From Antedon mediterranea (taxonomy: Eukaryota; Animalia; Echinodermata), in NCBI RefSeq assembly GCF_964355755.1, contig NC_092671.1, forward strand, positions 21,965,317 through 22,029,316: 64,000 nt of DNA. Direction: 5' to 3'. The notes under the pieces are model-generated. The model had not been told where the DNA came from, did no database searches, and worked only from the letters and a program-made list of their open reading frames with translations. This document shows positions 51,774-64,000 of the stretch, piece by piece. The stretch's first letter is position 1. Each line of letters opens with the position of its first letter. The translations under genes and the position numbers were made by a program.

Positions 51774-54700
51774 CAGAATAGCTTCAAATCGCATTTGGAG
51801 ACGTTTTAGACCATTTTGTGATTTTCGAAAAAACTTGTTAACATAAAAACACCAAAGTGCTTAGAATAGCTTCAAATCGCATTTGGAGACGTTTTAAACC
51901 ATTTTGTGATTTTCGAAAAAACTTGTTAACATAAAAACACCAAAGTGCTTAGAATAGCTTCAAATCGCATTTGGAGACGTTTTAAACCATTTTGTGATTT
52001 TCGAAAAAACTTGTTAACATAAAAACACCAAAATGTTTAGAATAGCTTCAAATCGCATTTGGAGACGTTTTAGACCATTTTGTGATTTTCGAAAAAACTT
52101 GTTAACACAAAAACACCAAAGTGATTAGAATAGCTTCAAATCGCATTTGGAGACGTTTTAGACCATTTTCTGATTTTCGAAAAAACTTGTTAACATAAAA
52201 ACACCAAAGTGATTAGAATAGCTTCAAATCGCATTTGGAGACGTTTTAGACCATTTTGTGCATTTCGATGAAACTTGGTTACGCAAAAACATCAAAGTGC
52301 TTAAAATCACATTATAAACCGTTTTAGACCATTTTGAGCATATCGATAAAACTTTTTACACAAAAACATCAAAGAGCACAAAATAGCTTAATATCGTATT
52401 TGGAAACGTTTTAGAACATTTTGTGATTTTCGAAAAAACTTGTTAACATAAAACACCAAAGTGTACAGAATAGCTTCAAATCGCATTTGGAGACATTTTA
52501 GACCAATTTGTGATTTTCGAAAAAACTTGTTAACATAAAAACACCAAAGTGCTAAGAATAGCTTCAAATCGCATTTGGAGACATTTTAGACCAATTTGTG
52601 ATTTTCGAAAAAACTTGGTTACACAAAAACATCAAAGTGCTTAAAATCACATTATAAAACCGTTTTAGACCATTTTGAGCATTTCGATAACACTTTTCAC
52701 ACAAAAACATCAAAGAGCATAAAATAGGTTAATATCGTATTTAAAAACGTTTTAGACCATTTTGAGCATTTCGACAAAACTTTTTCACACAAAACACCAA
52801 AGTGTACAGAATAGCTTAATATCGTATTTAAAAACGTTTTTGACCATTTTGTGATTTTCGAAAAAACTTGTTAACATAAAAACACCAAAATGTTTAGAAT
52901 AGCTTCAAATCGCATTTGGAGACGTTTTAGACCATTTTGTGATTTTCGAAAAAACTTGTTAACACAAAAACACCAAAGTGATTAGAATAGCTTCAAATCG
53001 CATTTGGAGACGTTTTAGACCATTTTGTGATTTTCGAAAAAACTTGTTAACATAAAAACACCAAAGTGATTAGAATAGATTCAAATCGCATTTGGAGACG
53101 TTTTAGACCATTTTGTGCATTTCGATGAAACTTGGTTACGCAAAAACATCAATGTGCTTAAAATCACATTATAAACCGTTTTAGACCATTTTGAGCATAT
53201 CCATAAAACTTTTTACACAAAACACCAAAGTGCTTAGAATAGCTTCAAATCGCATTTGGAGACGTTTTAGACCATTTTGTGATTTTCGACAAAACTTTTT
53301 CATACAAAACACCAAAGTGCTTAGAATACCTTCAAATCGCATTTGGAGACGTTTTAGACCATTTTGTGATTTTCGAAAAAACTTGTTAACATAAAAACAT
53401 CAAAGTGTACAGAATAGCTTCAAATCGCATTTGGAGACGTTTTAGACCATTTTGTGATTTTCGAAAAAACTTGTTAACATAAAAACACCAAAGTGCTTAG
53501 AATAGCTTCAAATCGCATTAAGAGACGTTTTAGACCATTTTGTGATTTTCGAAAAAACTTGTTAACATAAAAACACCAAAATGTTTAGAATAGCTTCAAA
53601 TCGCATTTGTAGACGTTTTAGACCATTTTGTGATTTTCGAAAAAACTTGTTAACACAAAAACACCAAAGTGATTAGAATAGCTTCAAATCGCATTTGGAG
53701 ACGTTTTAGACCATTTTGTGCATTTCGATGAAACTTGGTTACGCAAAAACATCAAAGTGCTTAAAATCACATTATAAACCGTTTTAGACCATTTTGAGCA
53801 TATCGATAACACTTTTCACACAAAAACATCAAAGAGCACAATATAGCTTAATATCGTATTTAAAAACGTTTTAGACCATTTTGAGCAATTCGACAAAACT
53901 TTTTCACACAAAACACCAAAGTGCTTAGAATAGCTTCAAATCGCATTAGGAGACGTTTTAGACCATTTTGTGATTTTCGAAAAAACTTGTTAACATAAAA
54001 ACATCAAAGGGCTAAGAATAGCTTCAAATCGCATTTGGAGACATTTTAGACCAATTAGTGATTTTCGAAAAAACTTGGTTACACAAAAACATCAAAGTGG
54101 TTAAAATCACATTATAAACCGTTTTAGACCATTTTGAGCATATCGATAAAATTTTTTACACAAAAACATCAAAGAGCACAAAATAGCTTAATATCGTATT
54201 TGGAAACGTTTTAGAACATTTTGTGATTTTCGAAAAAACTTGTTAACATAAAACACCAAAGTGTACAGAATAGCTTCAAATCGCATTTGGAGACATTTTA
54301 GACCAATTTGTGATTTTCGAAAAAACTTGTTAACATAAAAACACCAAAGTGCTAAGAATAGCTTCAAATCGCATTTGGAGACATTTTAGACCAATTTGTG
54401 ATTTTCGAAAAAACTTGGTTACACAAAAACATCAAAGTGCTTAAAATCACATTATAAAACCGTTTTGGACCATTTTGAGCATTTCGATAACACTTTTCAC
54501 ACAAAAACATCAAAGAGCATAAAATAGGTTAATATCGTATTTAAAAACGTTTTAGACCATTTTGAGCATTTCGATGAAACTTGGTTACGCAAAAACACCA
54601 AAGTGTACAGAATAGCTTCAAATCGCATTTGGAGACGTTGTAGACCATTTTGTGATTTTCGAAAAAACTTGTTAATATAAAAACACCAAAGTACTTAGAA

Positions 54701-57700
54701 TAGCTTCAAATCGCATTTGGAGACGTTGTAGACCATTTTGTGATTTTCGAAAAAACTTGTTAACATAAAAACACCAAAGTTTACAGAATAGCTTCAAATC
54801 GCATTTGGAGACGTTTTAGACAATTTTGTGCATTTCGATGAAACTTGGTTACACAAAAACATCAAAGTGCTTAAAATCACATTATAAACCGTTTTAGACC
54901 ATTTGAGCATTTCCATAACACTTTTCACACAAAAACATCAAAGGGCACAATATAGCTTAATATCCTATTTAAAAACGTTTTAGACCATTTTGAGCATTTC
55001 GACAAAACTTTTTCACACAAAACACCAAAGTGCTTAGAATACCTTCAAATCGCATTTGGAGACGTTTTAGACCATTTTGTGATTTTCGAAAAAACTTAAC
55101 ATAAAAACATCAAAGTTTACAGAATAGCTTCAAATCGCATTTGGAGACGTTTTAGACAATTTTGTGATTTTCGAAAAAACTTGTTAACATAAAAACACCA
55201 AAGTGCTTAGAATAGCTTCAAATCGCATTGGGAGACGTTTTAGACCATTTTGTGATTTTCGAAAAAAACTTGTTAACATAAAAACATCAAAGTGTACAGA
55301 ATAGCTTCAAATCGCATTTGGAGACGTTTTAGACCATTTTGTGATTTTCGAAAAAACTTGTTAACATAAAAACACCAAAGTGCTTAGAATAGCTTCAAAT
55401 CGCATTTGGAGACGTTTTAAACCATTTTGTGATTTTCGAAAAAACTTGTTAACATAAAAACACCAAAATGTTTAGAATAGCTTCAAATCGCATTTGGAGA
55501 CGTTTTAGACCATTTTGTGATTTTCGAAAAAACTTGTTAACACAAAAACACCAAAGTGATTAGAATAGCTTCAAATCGCATTTGGAGACGTTTTAGACCA
55601 TTTTGTGATTTTCGAAAAAACTTGTTAACATAAAAACACCAAAGTGATTAGAATAGCTTCAAATCGCATTTGGAGACGTTTTAGACCATTTTGTGCATTT
55701 CGATGAAACTTGGTTACGCAAAAACATCAAAGTGCTTAAAATCACATTATAAACCGTTTTAGACCATTTTGAGCATATCGATAACACTTTTTACACAAAA
55801 CACCAAAGTGCTTAGAATAGCTTCAAATCGCATTTGGAGACGTTTTAGACCATTTTGTGATTTTCGACAAAACTTTTTCACACAAAACACCAAAGTGCTT
55901 AGAATACCTTCAAATCGCATTTGGAGACGTTTTAGACCATTTTGTGATTTTCGAAAAAACTTGTTAACATAAAAACATCAAAGTGTACAGAATAGCTTCA
56001 AATCGCATTTGGAGACGTTTTAGACCATTTTGTGATTTTCGAAAAAACTTGTTAACATAAAAACACCAAAGTGCTTAGAATAGCTTCAAATCGCATTTGG
56101 AGACGTTTTAAACCATTTTGTGATTTTCGAAAAAACTTGTTAACATAAAAACACCAAAATGTTTAGAATAGCTTCAAATCGCATTTGGAGACGTTTTAGA
56201 CCATTTTGTGATTTTCGAAAAAACTTGTTAACACAAAAACACCAAAGTGATTAGAATAGCTTCAAATCGCATTTGGAGACGTTTTAGACCATTTTGTGAT
56301 TTTCGAAAAAACTTGTTAACATAAAAACACCAAAGTGATTAGAATAGCTTCAAATCGCATTTGGAGACGTTTTAGACCATTTTGTGATTTTCGAAAAAAC
56401 TTGTTAACATAAAAACACCAAAGTTCTTAAAATAGCTTCAAATCGCATTTGGAGACGTTTTAGACCATTTTGTGATTTTCGAAAAAACTTGTTAACATAA
56501 AAACACCAAAGTGTTTAGAAAAGCTTCAAATCGCATTTGGAGACGTTTTAGACCATTTTGGGATTTTCGAAAAAACTTGTTAACATAAAAACACCAAAGT
56601 GCTTAGAATAGCTTCAAATCGCATTTGGAGACGTTTTAGACCATTTTGTAATTTTCAAAAAAACTTGTTAACATAAAAACACCAAAGTTCTTAGAATAGC
56701 TTCAAATCGCATTTGGAGACGTTTTAGACCATTTTGTGCATTTCGATGAAACTTGGTTACACAAAAACATCAAAGTGCTTAAAATCACATTATAAACCGT
56801 TTTAGACCATTTGAGCATTTCGATAACACTTTTCACACAAAAACATCAAAGGGCACAATATAGCTTAATATCCTATTTAAAAACGTTTTAGACCATTTTG
56901 AGCATTTCGACAAAACTTTTTCACACAAAACACCAAAGTGCTTAGAATACCTTCAAATCGCATTTGGAGACGTTTTAGACAATTTTGTGATTTTCGAAAA
57001 AACTTGTTAACATAAAAACATCAAAGTTTACAGAATAGCTTCAAATCGCATTTGGAGACGTTTTAGACAATTTTGTGATTTTCGAAAAAACTTGTTAACA
57101 TAAAAACACCAAAGTGCTTAGAATAGCTTCAAATCGCATTGGGAGACGTTTTAGACCATTTTGTGATTTTCGAAAAAACTTGTTAACATAAAAACATCAA
57201 AGTGTACAGAATAGCTTCAAATCGCATATGGAGACGTTTTAGACCATTTTGTGATTTTCGAAAAAACTTGTTAACATAAAAACATCAAAGTGCTTAGAAT
57301 AGCTTCAAATCGCATTTGGAGACGTTTTAAACCATTTTGTGATTTTCGAAAAAACTTGTTAACATAAAAACACCAAAATGTTTAGAATAGCTTCAAATCG
57401 CATTTGGAGACGTTTTAGACCATTTTGTGATTTTCGAAAAAACTTGTTAACACAAAAACACCAAAGTGATTAGAATAGCTTCAAATCGCATTTGGAGACG
57501 TTTTAGACCATTTTGTGATTTTCGAAAAAACTTGTTAACATAAAAACACCAAAGTGATTAGAATAGCTTCAAATCGCATTTGGAGACGTTTTAGACCATT
57601 TTGTGCATTTCGATGAAACTTGGTTACGCAAAAACATCAAAGTGCTTAAAATCACATTATAAACCGTTTTAGACCATTTTGAGCATATCGATAACACTTT

Positions 57701-60700
57701 TTACACAAAACACCAAAGTGCTTAGAATAGCTTCAAATCGCATTTGGAGACGTTTTAGACCATTTTGTGATTTTCGACAAAACTTTTTCACACAAAACAC
57801 CAAAGTGCTTAGAATACCTTCAAATCGCATTTGGAGACGTTTTAGACCATTTTGTGATTTTCGAAAAAACTTGTTAACATAAAAACATCAAAGTGTACAG
57901 AATAGCTTCAAATCGCATTTGGAGACGTTTTAGACCATTTTGTGATTTTCGAAAAAACTTGTTAACATAAAAACACCAAAGTGCTTAGAATAGCTTCAAA
58001 TCGCATTAGGAGACGTTTTAGACCATTTTGTGATTTTCGAAAAAACTTGTTAACACAAAAACACCAAAGTGATTAGAATAGCTTCAAATCGCATTTGGAG
58101 ACGTTTTAGACCATTTTGTGCATTTCGATGAAACTTGGTTACGCAAAAACATCAAAGTGCTTAAAATCACATTATAAACCGTTTTAGACCATTTTGAGCA
58201 TATCGATAACACTTTTCACACAATAACATCAAAGAGCACAATATAGCTTAATATCGTATTTAAAAACGTTTTAGACCATTTTGCGCATTTCGACAAAACT
58301 TTTTCACACAAAACACCAAAGTGCTTAGAATAGCTTCAAATCGCATTTGGAGACGTTTTAGACCATTTTGTGATTTTCGAAAAAACTTGTTAACATAAAA
58401 ACATCAAAGGGCTAAGAATAGCTTCAAATCGCATTTGGAGACATTTTAGACCAATTAGTGATTTTCGAAAAAACTTGGTTACACAAAAACATCAAAGTGG
58501 TTAAAATCACATTATAAACCGTTTTAGACCATTTTGAGCATTTCGATAACACTTTTTACACAAAAACATCAAAGTGCTTAGAATAGCTTCAAATCGCATT
58601 TGGAGACGTTTTAGACCATTTTGTGATTTTCGAAAAAACTTGTTAACACAAAAACACCAAAGTGATTAGAATAGCTTCAAATCGCATTTGGAGACGTTTT
58701 AGACCATTTTGTGATTTTCGAAAAAACTTGTTAACATAAAAACACCAAAGTGATTAGAATAGCTTCAAATCGCATTTGGAGACGTTTTAGACCATTTTGT
58801 GATTTTCGAAAAAACTTGTTAACATAAAAACACCAAAGTTCTTAAAATAGCTTCAAATCGCATTTGGAGACGTTTTAGACCATTTTGTGATTTTCGAAAA
58901 AACTTGTTAACATAAAAACACCAAAGTGTTTAGAAAAGCTTCAAATCGCATTTGGAGACGTTTTAGACCATTTTGGGATTTTCGAAAAAACTTGTTAACA
59001 TAAAAACACCAAAGTGCTTAGAATAGCTTCAAATCGCATTTGGAGACGTTTTAGACCATTTTGTAATTTTCAAAAAAACTTGTTAACATAAAAACACCAA
59101 AGTTCTTAGAATAGCTTCAAATCGCATTTGGAGACGTTTTAGACCATTTTGTGCATTTCGATGAAACTTGGTTACACAAAAACATCAAAGTGCTTAAAAT
59201 CACATTATAAACCGTTTTAGACCATTTGAGCATTTCGATAACACTTTTCACACAAAAACATCAAAGGGCACAATATAGCTTAATATCCTATTTAAAAACG
59301 TTTTAGACCATTTTGAGCATTTCGACAAAACTTTTTCACACAAAACACCAAAGTGCTTAGAATACCTTCAAATCGCATTTGGAGACGTTTTAGACAATTT
59401 TGTGATTTTCGAAAAAACTTGTTAACATAAAAACATCAAAGTTTACAGAATAGCTTCAAATCGCATTTGGAGACGTTTTAGACAATTTTGTGATTTTCGA
59501 AAAAACTTGTTAACATAAAAACACCAAAGTGCTTAGAATAGCTTCAAATCGCATTGGGAGACGTTTTAGACCATTTTGTGATTTTCGAAAAAACTTGTTA
59601 ACATAAAAACATCAAAGTGTACAGAATAGCTTCAAATCGCATATGGAGACGTTTTAGACCATTTTGTGATTTTCGAAAAAACTTGTTAACATAAAAACAC
59701 CAAAGTGCTTAGAATAGCTTCAAATCGCATTTGGAGACGTTTTAAACCATTTTGTGATTTTCGAAAAAACTTGTTAACATAAAAACACCAAAATGTTTAG
59801 AATAGCTTCAAATCGCATTTGGAGACGTTTTAGACCATTTTGTGATTTTCGAAAAAACTTGTTAACACAAAAACACCAAAGTGATTAGAATAGCTTCAAA
59901 TCGCATTTGGAGACGTTTTAGACCATTTTGTGATTTTCGAAAAAACTTGTTAACATAAAAACACCAAAGTGATTAGAATAGCTTCAAATCGCATTTGGAG
60001 ACGTTTTAGACCATTTTGTGCATTTCGATGAAACTTGGTTACGCAAAAACATCAAAGTGCTTAAAATCACATTATAAACCGTTTTAGACCATTTTGAGCA
60101 TATCGATAACACTTTTTACACAAAACACCAAAGTGCTTAGAATAGCTTCAAATCGCATTTGGAGACGTTTTAGACCATTTTGTGATTTTCGACAAAACTT
60201 TTTCACACAAAACACCAAAGTGCTTAGAATACCTTCAAATCGCATTTGGAGACGTTTTAGACCATTTTGTGATTTTCGAAAAAACTTGTTAACATAAAAA
60301 CATCAAAGTGTACAGAATAGCTTCAAATCGCATTTGGAGACGTTTTAGACCATTTTGTGATTTTCGAAAAAACTTGTTAACATAAAAACACCAAAGTGCT
60401 TAGAATAGCTTCAAATCGCATTAGGAGACGTTTTAGACAATTTTGTGATTTTCGAAAAAACTTGTTAACATAAAAACACCAAAGTGCTTAGAATAGCTTC
60501 AAATCGCATTTGGAGACGTTTTAGACCATTTTGTGATTTTCGAAAAAACTTGTTAACATAAAAACACCAAAATGTTTAGAATAGCTTCAAATCGCATTTG
60601 GAGACGTTTTAGACCATTTTGTGATTTTCGAAAAAACTTGTTAACACAAAAACACCAAAGTGATTAGAATAGCTTCAAATCGCATTTGGAGACGTTTTAG

Positions 60701-63700
60701 ACCATTTTGTGCATTTCGATGAAACTTGGTTACGCAAAAACATCAAAGTGCTTAAAATCACATTATAAACCGTTTTAGACCATTTTGAGCATATCGATAA
60801 CACTTTTCACACAAAAACATCAAAGAGCACAATATAGCTTAATATCGTATTTAAAAACGTTTTAGACCATTTTGAGCATTTCGACAAAACTTTTTCACAC
60901 AAAACACCAAAGTGCTTAGAATAGCTTCAAATCGCATTTGGAGACGTTTTAGACCATTTTGTGATTTTCGAAAAAACTTGTTAACATAAAAACATCAAAG
61001 GGCTAAGAATAGCTTCAAATCGCATTTGGAGACATTTTAGACCAATTAGTGATTTTCGAAAAAACTTGGTTACACAAAAACATCAAAGTGGTTAAAATCA
61101 CATTATAAACCGTTTTAGACCATTTTGAGCATTTCGATAACACTTTTTACACAAAAACATCAAAGTGCTTAGAATAGCTTCAAATCGCATTTGGAGACGT
61201 TTTAGACCATTTTGTGATTTTTGAAAAAAACTTTTTAACATAAAAACACCAAACTGCTAAGAATAGCTTCAAATCGCATATGGAGACAATTTAGACCATT
61301 TTGTGATTTTCGAAAAAACTTGTTAACATAAAAACACCAAAGTGCTTAGAATACCTTCAAATCGCATTTGGAGACGTTTTAGACCATTTTGTGATTTTCC
61401 AAAAAACTTGTTAACATAAAAACATCAAAGTGTACAGAATAGCTTCAAATCGCATTTGGAGACGTTTTAGACCATTTTGTGATTTTCGAAAAAACTTGTT
61501 AACATAAAAACACCAAAGTGCTTAGAATAGCTTCAAATCGCATTAGGAGACGTTTTAGCCCATTTTGTGATTTTCGAAAAAACTTGTTAACATAAAAACA
61601 CCAAAGTGCTTAGAATAGCTTCAAATCGCATTTGGAGACGTTTTAGACCATTTTGTGATTTTCGAAAAAACTTGTTAACATAAAAATACCAAAATGTTTA
61701 GAATAGCTTCAAATCACATTTGGAGACGTTTTAGACCATTTTGTGATTTTCGAAAAAAGTTGTTAACACAAAAACACCAAAGTGATTAGAATAGCTTCAA
61801 ATCGCATTTGGAGACGTTTTAGACCAATTTGTGCATTTCGATGAAACTTGGTTACGCAAAAACATCAAAGTGCTTAAAATCACATTATAAACCGTTTTAG
61901 ACCATTTTGAGCATATCGATAACACTTTTCACACAAAAACATCAAAGAGCACAATATAGCTTAATATCTTATTTAAAAACGTTTTAGACCATTTTGAGCA
62001 TTTCGACAAAACTTTTTCACACAAAACACCAAAGTGCTTAGAATAGCTTCAAATCGCATTTGGAGACGTTTTAGACCATTTTGTGATTTTCGAAAAAACT
62101 TGTTAACATAAAAACATCAAAGTGCTAAGAATAGCTTCAAATCGCATTTGGAGACATTTTAGACCAATTAGTGATTTTCGAAAAAACTTGGTTACACAAA
62201 AACATCAAAGTGGTTAAAATCACATTATAAACCGTTTTAGACCATTTTGAGCATTTCGATAACACTTTTCACACAAAAACATCAAAGTGCTTAGAATAGC
62301 TTCAAATCGCATTTGGAGACGTTTTAGACCATTTTGTGATTTTCGAAAAAAACTTTTTAACATAAAAACACCAAACTGCTAAGAATAGCTTCAAATCGCA
62401 TATGGAGACAATTTAGACCATTTTGTGATTTTCGAAAAAACTTGTTAACATAAAAACACCAAAGTGCTAAGAATAGCTTCAAATCGCATATGGAGACAAT
62501 TTAGACCATTTTGTGATTTTCGAAAAAACTTGTTAACATAAAAACACCAAAGTGCTTAGAATACCTTCAAATCGCATTTGGAGACGTTTAAGACCATTTT
62601 GTGATTTTCGAAAAAACTTGTTAACATAAAAACACCAAAGTTCTTAGAATAGCTTCAAATCGCATTTGGAGACGTTTTAGACCAATTTGTGATTTTCGAA
62701 AAAACTTGGTTACACAAAAACATCAAAGTGGTTAAAAGCACATTATAAACCGTTTTAGACCATTTTGAGCATTTCGATAACACATTTCACACAAAAACAT
62801 CAAAGAGCACAAAATAGCTTAATATCGTATTTAAAAACGTTTTAAACCATTTTGAGCATTTCGACAAAACTTTTTCACACAAAACACCAAAGTGTACAGA
62901 ATAGCTTCAAATCGCATTTGGAGACGTTTTAGACCATTTTGTGATTTTCGAAAAAACTTGTTAATATAAAAACACCAAAGTACTTAGAATAGCTTCAAAT
63001 CGCATTTGGAGACGTTTTAGACCATTTTGTGATTTTCGAAAAAACTTGTTAACATAAAAACATCAAAGTGCTAAGAATAGCTTCCAATCGCATTTGGAGA
63101 CATTTTAGACCAATTTGTGATTTTCGAAAAAACTTGGTTACACAAAAACATCAAAGTGCTTAAAATCACATTATAAACCGTTTTAGACCATTTTGAGCAT
63201 TTCGATAACACATTTCACAAAAAAACATCAAAGAGCACAAAATAGCTTAATATCGTATTTAAAAACGTTTTAAACCATTTTGAGCATTTCGACAAAACTT
63301 TTTCACACAAAACACCAAAGTGTTTAGAAAAGCTTCAAATCGCATTTGGAGACGTTTTAGACCATTTTGGGATTTTCGAAAAAACTTGTTAACATAAAAA
63401 CACCAAAGTGCTTAGAATAGCTTCAAATCGCATTTGAAGACGTTTTAGACCATTTTGTAATTTTCGAAAAAACTTGTTAACATAAAAACACCAAAATGTT
63501 TAGAATAGCTTCAAATCGCATTTGGAGACGTTTTAGACCATTTTGTGATTTTCGAAAAAACTTGTTAACACAAAAACACCAAAGTGATTAGAATAGCTTC
63601 AAATCGCATTTGGAGACGTTTTAGACCATTTTGTGATTTTCGAAAAAACTTGTTAACATAAAAACACCAAAGTGATTAGAATAGCTTCAAATCGCATTTG

Positions 63701-64000
63701 GAGACGTTTTAGACCATTTTGTGCATTTCGATGAAACTTGGTTACGCAAAAACATCAAAGTAATAATCACATTATAAACAGTTTTAGACCATTTTGAGCA
63801 TATCGATAAAACTTTTTACACAAAACACCAAAGTGCTTAGAATAGCTTCAAATCGCATTTGGAGACGTTTTAGACCATTTTGTGATTTTCGACAAAACTT
63901 TTTCACACAAAACACCAAAGTGCTTAGAATACCTTCAAATCGCATTTGGAGACGTTTTAGACCATTTTGTGATTTTCGAAAAAACTTGTTAACATAAAAA
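51774..64000 (+). repeat. Satellite array, 88-bp monomer family
   Basis: Monomer resumes in register after the TSD (ca gaatagcttcaaatcgc) and runs to the window end. Confidence 0.98.

Overview
Eukaryotic, probably animal, satellite DNA. About 53 kb of the 64 kb is one AT-rich tandem repeat with an 88-bp main monomer and a ~77-bp variant, organised into higher-order repeats (1122, 859 and 3267 bp) and ~30-kb-offset duplications, with a strand switch at 1607-1613. Two DNA transposons are inserted cleanly into the array. (1) A 1048-bp non-coding TIR element at 29673-30720 has 14-bp CAC...GTG TIRs and a TTA duplication in a TTAA site. (2) An apparently intact 9697-bp autonomous EnSpm/CACTA-type (CMC) element at 42077-51773 has perfect 20-bp TIRs and a 2-bp CA TSD. 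It encodes an uninterrupted 833-aa C2H2-finger transposase. It also encodes a 6-exon, 489-aa accessory protein with a SAM-like N-terminus and SAMD3-like C-terminus, which I reconstructed by hand from GT-AG junctions. The large element carries older, decayed nested MITE-like inserts. The recurring 67/77-aa satellite ORFs are spurious. Family assignments come from motif recognition only; no database search was run.
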